Source: a virus
Reading direction: 5' to 3' (one strand)
Virus record (IMG/VR): IMGVR_UViG_3300022752_002570
Location: 17,862-81,861 of that record
DNA: 64,000 nt
Within the stretch, counting starts at the first letter, position 1; each line of letters begins with the position of its first letter. Made by a program: the position numbers and the translations under genes. This document shows, one piece after another, positions 39,614-50,900 of the stretch. The notes below the pieces were generated by a model. That model saw nothing but the letters and a program-made list of their open reading frames with translations, did no database searches and was not told the origin of the DNA.

Positions 39614-40582
39614 ATGACAAAGTTTGAACAATTATTAGACTATATTGTCAATGAGGAGCATGATAAAGCTAACGAACTTTTTCATGAAATCGTTGTAGAA
39701 AAGTCTAGAGAAATTTATGAGAATTTAGTTGCTGAAGAAGAAACAGAAGAAGACGTTGAAGAAGCCATGCACGACGATGATGTTGAAGAGTCAATGGACG
39801 ATGATGATGTTGAAGAAGCCATGGATGATGAAGCAGATGAATCTGTTGACTTAGAAGATTCATATATGATGGATGGTGATGATGAAATGCCAGAACCAGG
39901 TGGTTTAGAAAAAACTGACGACCTAGAAGGCGATATTGAGTTTGGTGGTGAAGAAGAAGAAGCGGAAGACAAAATCAAAGACGCTATCGCCCAACTAGAA
40001 GCCGCACTTGCTGCCATTGGAGGTGGTGACATGGGCGACGAAATGGACGACCTAGGCGACGAAATGCCTGATGATGAAATGCCTAAAGAAGATGATATGA
40101 TGGGCGTTCCTGCATTTGAAGGTCGTCGTATGACCCGTGAGTATCGTGAAAAAGTTGGTAACGATTGGGATAAAAATTCTATGAAAACACAGGGCCAGTA
40201 CGTAGGTAGTGGTTCAGGTGACAAAGATGGAGCCCCAGTAGAAGGTCGTAGTCCAATTGCTAGCGGTTCAAACAAACCAGGTCCAGCAGGTGTTAATGCT
40301 AAAAATCTAAATCAAAGTCATCATGAGGGCCAAAACAATACAGGCACAAGCCCAGGTAAAGTTAATCATGGTATCACAGGCACCAAAGGTGACAAGATGG
40401 GATCAGGTATGAACAATGTTGATGGTAAGCAAACTGGTGTAAAGACATTGAGCAAGCAACCAGGTCATGGTCCTGAGAAGAAAGGTGGCGCTCCTGGCCC
40501 AGTAGGTAGTGGTTCAGGTGACAAAGCTGGTCAGACCAGTATTGGTAATCAACAATCTTTACTAAAGAGTTACGGTAAGTAA
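39614..40582 (+). CDS. Acidic prohead core/scaffold-like protein
   Basis: Very Asp/Glu-rich N-half with repeated VEEA/VEES; lies between portal and protease, like T4 gp67/gp68. Confidence 0.6.
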   Translation: MTKFEQLLDYIVNEEHDKANELFHEIVVEKSREIYENLVAEEETEEDVEEAMHDDDVEESMDDDDVEEAMDDEADESVDLEDSYMMDGDDEMPEPGGLEKTDDLEGDIEFGGEEEEAEDKIKDAIAQLEAALAAIGGGDMGDEMDDLGDEMPDDEMPKEDDMMGVPAFEGRRMTREYREKVGNDWDKNSMKTQGQYVGSGSGDKDGAPVEGRSPIASGSNKPGPAGVNAKNLNQSHHEGQNNTGTSPGKVNHGITGTKGDKMGSGMNNVDGKQTGVKTLSKQPGHGPEKKGGAPGPVGSGSGDKAGQTSIGNQQSLLKSYGK

Positions 40583-40594
40583 TCTGAGAAGTGG

Positions 40595-41224
40595 ATGAAA
40601 TTAACCTATTTAAAAGAAACTCTATCATTTGATCAGGCTCAAGCAGTGCTTGAGTCTGATGATAAAGATGGACGTAATCTACACCTAAAAGGTATTGCTA
40701 TTCAAGGCGGGATTAGAAACGCTAATCAGCGTGTCTATCCTGTTGATGAAATAGAACGTGCTGTAAAAACCCTTAATGATCAAATTCAAAACGGTTATTC
40801 AGTTCTTGGAGAAGTTGATCATCCAGATGATTTAAAAGTAAATTTGGACCGTGTCAGTCACATGATCACTAACATGTGGATGGAAGGTCCTAATGGTTAT
40901 GGTAAGTTTAAAATCCTACCTACCCCAATGGGCAACCTTATTCGCACAATGCTTGAAAGCGGTGTAAAACTTGGTGTCAGTTCAAGAGGCAGCGGCAACG
41001 TTGACGATATGAGTGGCAAAGTATCTGATTTTGAGATTATAACTGTGGATATAGTTGCACAACCTAGCGCACCTGGTGCCTATCCTACTCCGGTTTATGA
41101 GCATTTGATGAACGTAAGAGGTGGAAACCGTGCTTTTAAGGTCGCACAAGAAGTAAGAGAAGATCCAAAGGCCCAGAAATATTTGAAGGAATCGCTCCTT
41201 CAGATCATCAAAGGTCTAAAATAA
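40595..41224 (+). CDS. gp21: Prohead protease
   Basis: NANQRVYP, LGEVDHP, LGVSSRGSG, DIVAQPSAPGAY motifs. Confidence 0.95.
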   Translation: MKLTYLKETLSFDQAQAVLESDDKDGRNLHLKGIAIQGGIRNANQRVYPVDEIERAVKTLNDQIQNGYSVLGEVDHPDDLKVNLDRVSHMITNMWMEGPNGYGKFKILPTPMGNLIRTMLESGVKLGVSSRGSGNVDDMSGKVSDFEIITVDIVAQPSAPGAYPTPVYEHLMNVRGGNRAFKVAQEVREDPKAQKYLKESLLQIIKGLK

Positions 41225-41242
41225 GCCCGAGGAGAAAAACTA

Positions 41243-42328
41243 ATGTTGGACGCATTCAAAAAATTAGTAGAGAGTGGTGTAATTTCAGAAGATGTTGGAT
41301 CTGAATTAGAAACCGCCTTGGCTACTAAAATTCAAGAGAATCGCGACCAAGTTACCGCTGAACTTCGTGAAGAATTTGCACAGAAGTACAATCATGACAA
41401 GTCAGTTATGGTTGAAGCAATTGACAAGATGTTAAGCGAGAGATTGGCCGCAGAAATGGCCGAACTGCATGAAGATAAAAAGGCACTAGCAGAAGCAAAA
41501 GCACGATACGCACAACGTATTAGTGAAGATGCTCAAAAACTAGAAGGCTTTGTTATTCAACAGTTAGGCAAAGAGTTAGTAGAATTTCAAAGTGATCGCA
41601 AGAAAGTTAGCGAAAACTTTGCTAAATTAGAGCAATTTGTTGTACATGCTCTTGCTAAAGAAATTCAAGAGTTTGCTACAGACAAGCGCGACTTGGCAGA
41701 AACAAAAGTGAAGTTAGTTCGTGAGGCTAAGGCAAAATTTGAAGAAATAAAAGGTACCTTTATAAAGCGTTCTGCTAAGGCCGTTGAAGAGACAGTCAGT
41801 AAAAAACTTACAACTGAGATTCGTCAGTTAAAAGAAGACATTGACGGTGCTCGTAACAATGACTTTGGTCGTCGTCTGTATGAAGCCTTTGCACAAGAAT
41901 ATGCTAGTTCATTCCTAAATGAAAAATCTGAAACAGCAAAATTGTTAAAGATTATTCAAAAGAAAGATCAAGAATTAGCAGAAGCAAAAAATGCTGTTAC
42001 TGAAAAAGAAAGTTTAGTTGAATCTGCACAGCGCGAAATTCGTGTTACTAAAGATTTAATGGAACGCAAACAGGTAATGGCAGAACTGTTATCACCATTA
42101 AGTGGAGATAAGAGAGTAGTGATGCAGGAATTGTTAGAAAGTGTGCAAACACAGAAACTACGTACTGCATTTGACAAATACCTACCCGCAGTAATGGAAG
42201 GCGAAAAGAAAAAAGTAGAAAAAACTACTTTAACTGAAGGAACTGCTGTAACAGGCAATCGTGAAACCAAGCCCGAGGTAGGCTTAGACAACATCTTAGA
42301 TATCCGCAAACTTGCGGGTCTAAAATAA
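41243..42328 (+). CDS. gp22: Prohead scaffolding protein
   Basis: Coiled-coil, Glu/Lys-rich protein between protease and major capsid genes. Confidence 0.75.
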   Translation: MLDAFKKLVESGVISEDVGSELETALATKIQENRDQVTAELREEFAQKYNHDKSVMVEAIDKMLSERLAAEMAELHEDKKALAEAKARYAQRISEDAQKLEGFVIQQLGKELVEFQSDRKKVSENFAKLEQFVVHALAKEIQEFATDKRDLAETKVKLVREAKAKFEEIKGTFIKRSAKAVEETVSKKLTTEIRQLKEDIDGARNNDFGRRLYEAFAQEYASSFLNEKSETAKLLKIIQKKDQELAEAKNAVTEKESLVESAQREIRVTKDLMERKQVMAELLSPLSGDKRVVMQELLESVQTQKLRTAFDKYLPAVMEGEKKKVEKTTLTEGTAVTGNRETKPEVGLDNILDIRKLAGLK

Positions 42329-42347
42329 TTCAAGGAGACAATAGGAA

Positions 42348-43529
42348 ATGTCACAACTTTTAAATGAAAGATGGTCAGAGACCAAAGAAGCTCTGCTTGA
42401 AGGCCTACAAGGTAACCGTCGTGCTTCTATGGGCGTATGCTTAGAAAATACACGTCGTTATTTGGCAGAAGCCGCAACAGCAGGTGCAACAAGCACTGGA
42501 AATATTGCAACATTAAACCGTGTAATTCTTCCAGTTATTCGTCGTGTTATGCCAACAGTTATCGCTAACGAAATCATCGGCGTTCAGCCAATGACAGGAC
42601 CTGTAGCACAGATCCACACTCTACGTGTTCGTTATGCTGATGGTGTTGCATCTGGCGACACAGTAACAGCAGGCGAAGAGGCATTAAGCCCCTTCAAGAT
42701 TGCTCAAGCCTATTCTGGTAGTACACTTTCAGGTGGCGGCGCTGCTACAACAGCCGCTCTAGAAGGTACACCAGGAAAGCGTATGAGCATTCAGATCTTA
42801 AAGACACCAGTTGAAGCTAAGAGCCGTAAGTTATCAGCTCGCTGGACCTTTGAGGCTGCACAAGATGCACAGGCACAACAGGGTATCGACATCGAAGCAG
42901 AAATCATGGCTGCTCTAGCACAAGAAATTACTGCTGAAATCGATCAAGAGATTCTAAGTTCACTACGTTCATTAGCCAGTGTTGAAGAAACATATGACCA
43001 GGCTCTAGTTTCTGGTACAGCAACATTCGTTGGTGATGAGCACGCTGCTCTTGCTATTCAGATCAACCGTGTAAGCAACTTAATTGCTCAGCGTACACGT
43101 CGTGGTTCTGCTAACTGGGCAGTTGTTAGTAACCAGGCTCTAACAATTCTACAAAGCGCAACAACTTCTGCTTTTGCTCGCACAACAGAAGGCACATTTG
43201 AAGCACCTACAAATACTAAATTTGTTGGTACATTGAACGGTGCAATGCGTGTTTATGTAGATGCATACCTAAGCGACACAACAGACAATAACCAGGTTCT
43301 AGTTGGTTATAAGGGAACAAGCGAAGCTGATGCTGCTGCTTTCTATTGCCCATATATTCCTCTAATGAGTTCTGGTGTTGTTCTAGATCCAGCAACATTT
43401 GAGCCAGTAGTTGGCTTTATGACACGTTACGGATATGTTGAGTTAACCAACACAGCATCATCTCTAGGTAACGCTGCTGACTATCTAGGTAAGGTTGCAA
43501 TTACTTCTGCTAATGTAAGTTTCAAATAA
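42348..43529 (+). CDS. gp23: Major capsid protein
   Basis: IGVQPMTGP, AKSRKLSARWTFEAAQD, EITAEIDQE, FYCPYIPL, GFMTRYG are T4 gp23 motifs. Confidence 0.96.
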   Translation: MSQLLNERWSETKEALLEGLQGNRRASMGVCLENTRRYLAEAATAGATSTGNIATLNRVILPVIRRVMPTVIANEIIGVQPMTGPVAQIHTLRVRYADGVASGDTVTAGEEALSPFKIAQAYSGSTLSGGGAATTAALEGTPGKRMSIQILKTPVEAKSRKLSARWTFEAAQDAQAQQGIDIEAEIMAALAQEITAEIDQEILSSLRSLASVEETYDQALVSGTATFVGDEHAALAIQINRVSNLIAQRTRRGSANWAVVSNQALTILQSATTSAFARTTEGTFEAPTNTKFVGTLNGAMRVYVDAYLSDTTDNNQVLVGYKGTSEADAAAFYCPYIPLMSSGVVLDPATFEPVVGFMTRYGYVELTNTASSLGNAADYLGKVAITSANVSFK

Positions 43530-43551
43530 TAACTTATATACAGACGACATT

Positions 43552-43580
43552 AAGCCCGCAGTTGCGGGCTTTTTGTTTTT
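43552..43580 (+). terminator. Rho-independent terminator after the capsid gene
   Basis: AAGCCCGC-agtt-GCGGGCTT followed by TTTGTTTTT. Confidence 0.9.
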
Positions 43581-43587
43581 AATAAAA

Positions 43588-43658
43588 TAAATAATGAGTC
43601 TAGACAAATTATGCGGGACCCACCGCGTAGACCTAGAACGTCAATCAGGAGAAAACAA
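43588..43658 (+). promoter_or_regulatory. Late promoter and structured 5' leader
   Basis: TAAATA 43588-93; nested stems TCTAG/CTAGA and TATGCGG/CCGCGTA; SD AGGAG before ATG 43659. Confidence 0.55.
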
Positions 43659-44327
43659 ATGGGACGTCCGATTAAATCAAAATATTTTGGTATTCGTAAA
43701 GGTGTAGGCACAGGTGGTGAAGGTGTAACAGCAGTCACTATCGGTGGAACAGCGCCTGTATCTACATTAACTGTAACAGTTGTTCTTGGGGCACCTAACA
43801 TTGCAGGTGGTACACAGGCAACTGCTACAGCAGTTAAAACAGGTAACACGGTTACAAGTGTGACTATCACCAACCAAGGTTCTGGTTATACATCTGCACC
43901 AACAGTGGTGTTTACCGGTACAAACATGACCACACAAGGTACAGGTCATACTGCCACAATTAGCGTGAATACAGTAAGCAATGTAATTCTAGTTGAAGCA
44001 TATGTTCCTGCGGCAAACGGTGGTTCAAGTGGTGTTACAGGAGATATACTTGAGCAAGTAGCCAGTAAAAAATATCGTGTGCAAACCGCACAAGGTACAG
44101 GAACATGCTTATTAACAACTGCTACAGGTGCATTAACAGCAGGCAAGGTTAGAATAGTAGCAGAAGATACAAATGGTAGCACATATTTTATTAAGAAACT
44201 TACAGCACGTAGAGCAGTCTTAAGTCGTTCAACTGTGAGTACTGCATTTATATTTGACAACAGTGGATCAGTAGGTTGGAATTTAAGTGCAGCATCAGCA
44301 ACTTCTGTTAAAATACGCAGTCATTAA
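43659..44327 (+). CDS. Virion structural protein, possibly head decoration; start reassigned from 43611
   Basis: SD AGGAG precedes MGRPIKSKYFG; Thr-rich with ITNQGSGYTSAPTV motif; has its own promoter and terminator. Confidence 0.7.
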   Translation: MGRPIKSKYFGIRKGVGTGGEGVTAVTIGGTAPVSTLTVTVVLGAPNIAGGTQATATAVKTGNTVTSVTITNQGSGYTSAPTVVFTGTNMTTQGTGHTATISVNTVSNVILVEAYVPAANGGSSGVTGDILEQVASKKYRVQTAQGTGTCLLTTATGALTAGKVRIVAEDTNGSTYFIKKLTARRAVLSRSTVSTAFIFDNSGSVGWNLSAASATSVKIRSH

Positions 44328-44345
44328 GATTTAAAATATCGATGT

Positions 44346-44375
44346 AAAAAATGGGGGACTAGTTCCCCCATTTTT
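44346..44375. terminator. Rho-independent terminator, potentially bidirectional
   Basis: AAAAATGGGGGA-ctagt-TCCCCCATTTTT. Confidence 0.85.
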
Positions 44376-44394
44376 ATATTGGTAAATATCAATT

Positions 44395-44919
44395 ATGAGT
44401 TCACCTTGGGCACTTCCTAGACAAATCACGCAATATTCTGAAGCAGATGCAGGAAACATCCATGTTTCTTGGATAGAAAACGAAAACTTTTATAGTTTAA
44501 AATTTCGAGATGGTAAGCATGTAAGAACACAAAGAGATCTCATTCACATAGCAAGAGACCCTAAACACGACATTCTTGAAAAGACATACTATCTTAAATT
44601 AACAGATTTTAATTTTTCAGACTTGCCTCAAGGTCTTTCCGGTATTGAAGCCAAACTAATTATGAATAGAGGGGGCAGAATAACAGACGATACGATTCAA
44701 CTTTGTTTAAATGCCGATCTTCTAGGAGAAAATCAATCAACAACTGATTTGAATCCAATAAAATCTTATGGTGGTGAATCAAATTTATGGGGAACAAGTT
44801 TAACTATTAACGATATTAAAAGTTCATCGTTTGGAATAGTTTTAAGATTTAAAAGTCATCCTAAATTTCCTCACAGGACAAGCCCTTTGATTGATACCGT
44901 TGAGCTAAGGATTTATTAA
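44395..44919 (+). CDS. Hypothetical late protein (174 aa)
   Basis: ORF with TAAATA at 44383-88; YGGESNLWG...FGIVL beta-rich C-terminus. Confidence 0.65.
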   Translation: MSSPWALPRQITQYSEADAGNIHVSWIENENFYSLKFRDGKHVRTQRDLIHIARDPKHDILEKTYYLKLTDFNFSDLPQGLSGIEAKLIMNRGGRITDDTIQLCLNADLLGENQSTTDLNPIKSYGGESNLWGTSLTINDIKSSSFGIVLRFKSHPKFPHRTSPLIDTVELRIY

Positions 44920-44947
44920 AAAAATAAATACATTCGAGGAACGTTGA

Positions 44948-47900
44948 ATGGCCAAGACATATTTTTCAAATACACCACCATCATATACTGGTACACCCAT
45001 ATCCGCTACACTATCAAATGGAAGCACGGTTCTAGACCTACCCGGTGATTACGACATTAATGTCAGCAAAGGTTATACAAAAATAACCACAGATAATCTT
45101 TATCACGAAGTACAGAATAATTTTGAAGGTAATATAGGCGGTGATTATTTATTAGATGTTGGCGATAATTATACTGCTAATATTGTAGGTGACTACACAA
45201 CAGAAATTACCGGTGAAACACTTATTGAAGGTGTTGGCAATGTAAAAATTTGGACCCCAAGAATAGAACTCGGAACCGTGGACGGGTCTCAAGATATTGC
45301 TGTGTACTCTAAGGTTATCACCGACATACTTCCTAAGGTAGACGATGATGTTGCATTAGGAAGTGAAGCTCTTAGTTGGTCATATCTATGGACGCAAGAA
45401 TTAGATGTTAAAGATGAAACAAATGTAGGAAATCCTTTTGGCTATGCCTACGACCCCAACAATAGATTTGGCATGGAGTGGGGGCAGACAGAACAAGAGT
45501 CAATCGATTCGAGAAAAGAAGCTTCTGCGTATTTTGCGGGCGGGGTCGGTATTGAAAAAGATTTAAACGTAGGTGGATTTATCTACGGTCGAGTATTAAT
45601 TTCAGTAACTACTACAAACATTGTTATAACTGCAACCAATAATAATCTTGAATACTACCCAATTTTTGCATTGAATACAGGAAATCAATTTTTGTATGTA
45701 GATAACCAAGGAATTATTAACGGATTTAGATATAATCCATTTTTAGGACGTTTAAGAACTGACAGAATTATAGTTGTAGAAACTGACGTTGCAGATGCAT
45801 CTCAAGGAGCACTTAGAGTTGAAGGAGGTGCTAGCATTGGGGATAACTTGTGGGTAGCAAACGTTAATGCTGCTACCTCAGCCGATGGTTCAATTAGAAC
45901 AGATGGCGGACTCAGTGTAGAAAAAAATCTCTGGGTAAATGATGATGCTTATGTAGAAAACGCAGTAGAAGCAGATGAAGTCGTTCCTCATGCTAACGAT
46001 GATGGTAATATAGGCACAACCAGTACATTCTGGCACGAAGCATACATCAATAATATCTATACAAAACTTATTCAAAGCACCACAGGCACTATACAGATTA
46101 AACCTAAAGATCCTGTAACTGAAATAATTGGTGATATTAGAGTACGAGGAACAAATCCCATAGGTACCGCACCTGTTGTTACAAATACACTATATGTAAC
46201 AGTGGACGGAAACGATACAAATGATGGTAGAGCCATGGATGCTAGTCGTGCATGTCGTACCATCGGCGGTGCAATGCGTAGTCCATACTATCAACCAGGA
46301 ACTCAAATCCTTGTTAGTGCCGGTTTTTATCTTGAAGACAATCCTTTAAGGATGAAACCATATACCTCAGTTAGAGGAAGCGACATTCGTACAACGTTCA
46401 TTGAACCTATTAACAAAACACAAGATTTATTTCATGTAGAGAGCGGATGTTATATTAATTATGTTACGTTTTTAAATGGACGAAGTGGTCTATTAGAAGG
46501 AGATTATGCTCCTGGATTTAATAGAGGTGCTTACGCTACAGCCTTCCCCCCATTGAGCGGCGATGATAGAATTGATCTGTTTCATAGTCCATACATTCAG
46601 AACTGTACCAATCAAAGTGGACCTTGGCTTAGAGATGGTACTATGTTTGTACCAAATCAAACAGTTCAAATACCAAAAGCAGTGGGAACTGGTACATGGG
46701 CAGCAAATACAACTACCATTATTTTAACAGTGTCAACAGGTACACTAGCACCTGGTATGAGCATAAATGCAGGTCAACAGAACTCAGGATTCTTTGACGC
46801 AAGAACATTAATGTTGGCTAACAAGCCGTTCATGCAAGAACAGGTTGTTGCCTATGTGAATCAAACTTTTAACACAGGTACATTTACCTATAATGCCACA
46901 AAATGCAAAAGAGATATTGGTTTAATTGTTGATTCTATAGCAATAGACATGTTATATGACAGCGAAAGCGATAGTAGATTCGCTGGCTTACAATATTATG
47001 CTCAAGGATCGGTAAGTTTTCCTGGTGAATTAACAACAACTACACAGTCTCTAACATATCTAGGCACATTAGCGGCATCAACTGCATCAAGTGCCTCTGG
47101 GGATCCTAATCTAGGCTTGATTGTAACGGCCCTGTTTAGCACAATTACAAACATTTTAACAACCAGTTCTGCATTAATCGGTTTAAGCGAACAAATTGAA
47201 GCACATCCAAATGGTCTGCCTTCTACAACATCTACATATCAAGATGCATACGATGCGCTGTTAGCAAATAAATCTAGTTTTGCATCAGCAGTTACAACTT
47301 GGATTAACACTAATCATCCTGCGCATTCCTACAGCACTGCGACCTGTGAAAGAGATGTTGGATACATAATTGACAGTGTAGCATTTGATCTGTTACATGG
47401 AGGTACAAAGCAAAGTATCAAGTCTGGAATCTATTATTATAACTATGTTAGTACAGCAACAACTACCAATGATATTCCACAGACCTTTGCTGCCTATAAC
47501 TACATCAAGAGATTAATTCCCTATATTGTAACAGGTGAGGCTGTATCTACATCTACACTGTATCAAAATACTGTAACCCAGGTCACAGCGGTATCTATCG
47601 CTGGCAATTACGAAGCAGGTCAACTAAAAGATAAAGTAGATGTTATCACAGGAATAATTAGAAACGGTCCTAACAATGTTGTTAGAATTCCAATGGATCT
47701 AAGACAGGTGCCTAGTGAAGAAGCAGAAAACGCTTATAATGCCATGCAGGCCAACAAGGCATTCTTACAAGCAGAAGTCACTGCATTTATAGATGCCACC
47801 GCAGGGACTTTTGAATATTCAAGAGAAAAATGTTATAGAGATGTTGGTATTCTTGTAGAAAACATTGCCTATGATATAACTTTTGGTGGAAATGAAAAAA

Positions 47901-50900
47901 GTGTTGAAAGTGGACTTGGATATTATGACGGAGTAATAAGTCTCATTCAGGGACAAGAAACTCAAACAATTAGTGCAATTGATTACCTAAACGATCTATG
48001 TCAACAGGTTATCACAAATACCACAGTCACTGATTTATTAAGTGGCACAGGTACCGCAGTGCAGGTTATCAATACCGCACTGATTGGTGGTGCCGTCGCT
48101 AGCGATAGCTTGCAAAATGCCTGGAATATTGTTACAGATATTATTGCAAATGGTCCAAGTGTGGCACCTGCAATCTATAATAGCCCAGGACCTGATGCCG
48201 CTTTTGTCAGTGCTGAAATATTGATGCAGGCAAATCGTGCATTTTTACAAGAAGATACAATTAACTATGTTAATAATCTTGTACAAACATTCCCCTACAG
48301 CGAACGTAAATGCCGTAGAGATACTAAACTAATTGTAGACAGTATTGCACAAGACCTATTATATCCTACTACTAATATGAGCCAGAGCACGTTCGCTGGA
48401 CTACAATATTGGAATCAAGATAATTATACTGGTGATATAGAAGCACAATTACAACCAACTATTGAAGCAATGGAGTACCTAAAAACTCTCAGCAGTAAGG
48501 TAATCCTAAATACCACACCTGCTGATGATTTTAGAATTCCGTATCAATTTACTCTAACCCAAGTAACTACAATTACTCAGGCAACTTCTTACGAAGTAGG
48601 TATAATTGAAAATAATTTTGATATTATCTTAGAAATTCTAGGTGGCACGAAATTTGGTTGGACCGATAGAATAGTACCTAATAGCACAGCTAGCAATATC
48701 TTAAGCACTTTAAATGCCTATAAGATTCTGCAACAAAATAAACCGTATTTGGCCGCTGAGGTTATAGGATTTGTCAATGCTGTACATCCAGACTTTACCT
48801 ATGATGAATCTAAATGTTATAGGGACGTTGGATTAATTACAGATGCAATTTGCTTTGACCTAAAGCACAGTGGCAATAAACAGAGTATTCAGGCAGGACT
48901 TTATTACTATGGGTTTAGTACATCAACAAGTACTATCCACGGCCAAGAAACTCAGACTATTGCGGCCTATACAAGATTAAGTAATATTGTAGACGAAATT
49001 TTACTAAACCAAACAGTGGCTATAACAACTGGCAATACCGTTTTACAGGTTATATCAACTTCGACCGCTACTGTTGCTGAAGTGTTAGAAGTTCAAAGAG
49101 CGATTACAACAATAACCAATATTATTCAAAATGGTCCTTCAGTAGCAGGACCTCCAAGCAACATCTCTTTAACTGCAACAACTACTGCCAGTGTCATAAA
49201 TGCCTATAATTTATTAAAAGCAAATAGAGATTTTATTGCTGAAGAAATAATTGCCTACGTAGATTTTTATTTTAATGTGGGTTCGTTTAATTATAATGAA
49301 GAAAAATGTTATAGAGATGTGGGTCTAATTATTGATGCTGTCAGTCAAGATATTCTATTAGGTGGAAATCAAAAATCTTTAGAAGCAGGTTTATCTTATT
49401 GGAGTGCTGGCTACAACTCTGTAGCAGGTCAAGAAACTACAACAACTATGGCTCTAAATTATGTTAGAGACCAAGTTTTAGATATCATTAAAAATACCCC
49501 TGTTACCGCTCAAACACAGACTAATCTAACTCAGACTATTAATACATTCTTCCAATATGGTGAAGAATACGGTCCTCAAGAAGCGGTTCAACGTAACTTT
49601 AATATTATTACTAATATTATAGAAAATGGTCCAAGCGTGGCACCTCCTGTTTATGCAGGCGGCGGATTATTCAGTCTAACAGGACTTAATGGATCTGACG
49701 TCAAAATTGCGCCTACAGTGGTTAGTGTCACAACAATTACCACAGGTAGCACATATTTGATAGGCCTAAGCACTGCCACAGTTGGATTTGGTGTTAATAG
49801 TACATTATACATTGGTGATACAGAAATATTTCCCTACAGAGACAGTGAAGTTGATTCGTTAAGTTTTGAATATACAGGCGCAACTTCAACTTGGGCTATA
49901 CGTAAAATAGATCCTGTTGGTTCTATGGGCGGTAGCCTTGTAGACGGTGCTGTAATCAGCGATCGTTCTCCTATTCAATCATTTGTTTATGACGCATTTA
50001 CACAGGTCAATCAAGGTGGTAGGGGTGTTCACATTGTAAATGATGGTTATGCTCAGCTAGTTTCTGTGTTTACTATTTTCTGTTCAACTGGGGTAGAAGT
50101 TGAAAGAGGTGGTATTGCTAGTATTGTTAACAGTAATGCTAACTTTGGTAATATCTGTTTACAGGCCAAGGGTTATGGTAAGCGCAAATTCAGCGGACAT
50201 ATTTACAATCCTACCTTTAAAGCATACCCAGAAAGTCCAGATCCTTCATTGGCTGTGACATTCCCAACAAGTGAATACCTAGATCAATATTACCCAACAG
50301 GGTATTGGCCTAATGAATCACGAGTACGAGTGTTTATTCCAGACCCTGAAGATCGTCCTCACATTTCTTTAGTTATGGAAGTTGTTCCTCCTGAACAGGT
50401 AAGAGACTTTACAGGTGCTTTAATTCCACAGGTTAATCAACTCGGATTTCCTGGCTTCTTAAACGCAACAATTAATACTTCAACACTTTCAACAGGTAGC
50501 ATCACAATAACTGGCGTAGATACAGAAGGTGTTGCTGTGGGTAATGCAGTCTATATTAGAGATCAGTTTGGAAGTTCTACTGGCAGTAATGGTCTATTGT
50601 ATGCTGCGACCGGTACTGTGGTTACAAGAGTAGATTATCAAAAAATCACTATTAGCAAAGGTTTACCGAGCGGAGGTGGAGATCCTACTATTGATGAATT
50701 CTTTGATATCTATATTTGTGGAAATGCCTACTATACTGTTTTAGGTAGTGAAGCAGGAGACAATCCTAAGTATAACAGAATAGGTGCTGAAATTCCTTTA
50801 GGGATTAATATTTTAAGCACAGCATCAACAGGTATATTGACATCAGGTACTACACAACTAGCGGCGCATATTAGTGCAATAGGACGTTTACAGACCACAG

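Noticed and set aside
31316-43398. Minus-strand ORFs such as 31316-31735, 34872-35330, 39715-40275 and 41968-42354
   Set aside because: Antisense shadows of low-complexity or highly conserved plus-strand genes.
43611-43658. ORF-track start at 43611
   Set aside because: That ATG lies within the leader hairpin and has no SD; ATG 43659 has AGGAG at normal spacing.
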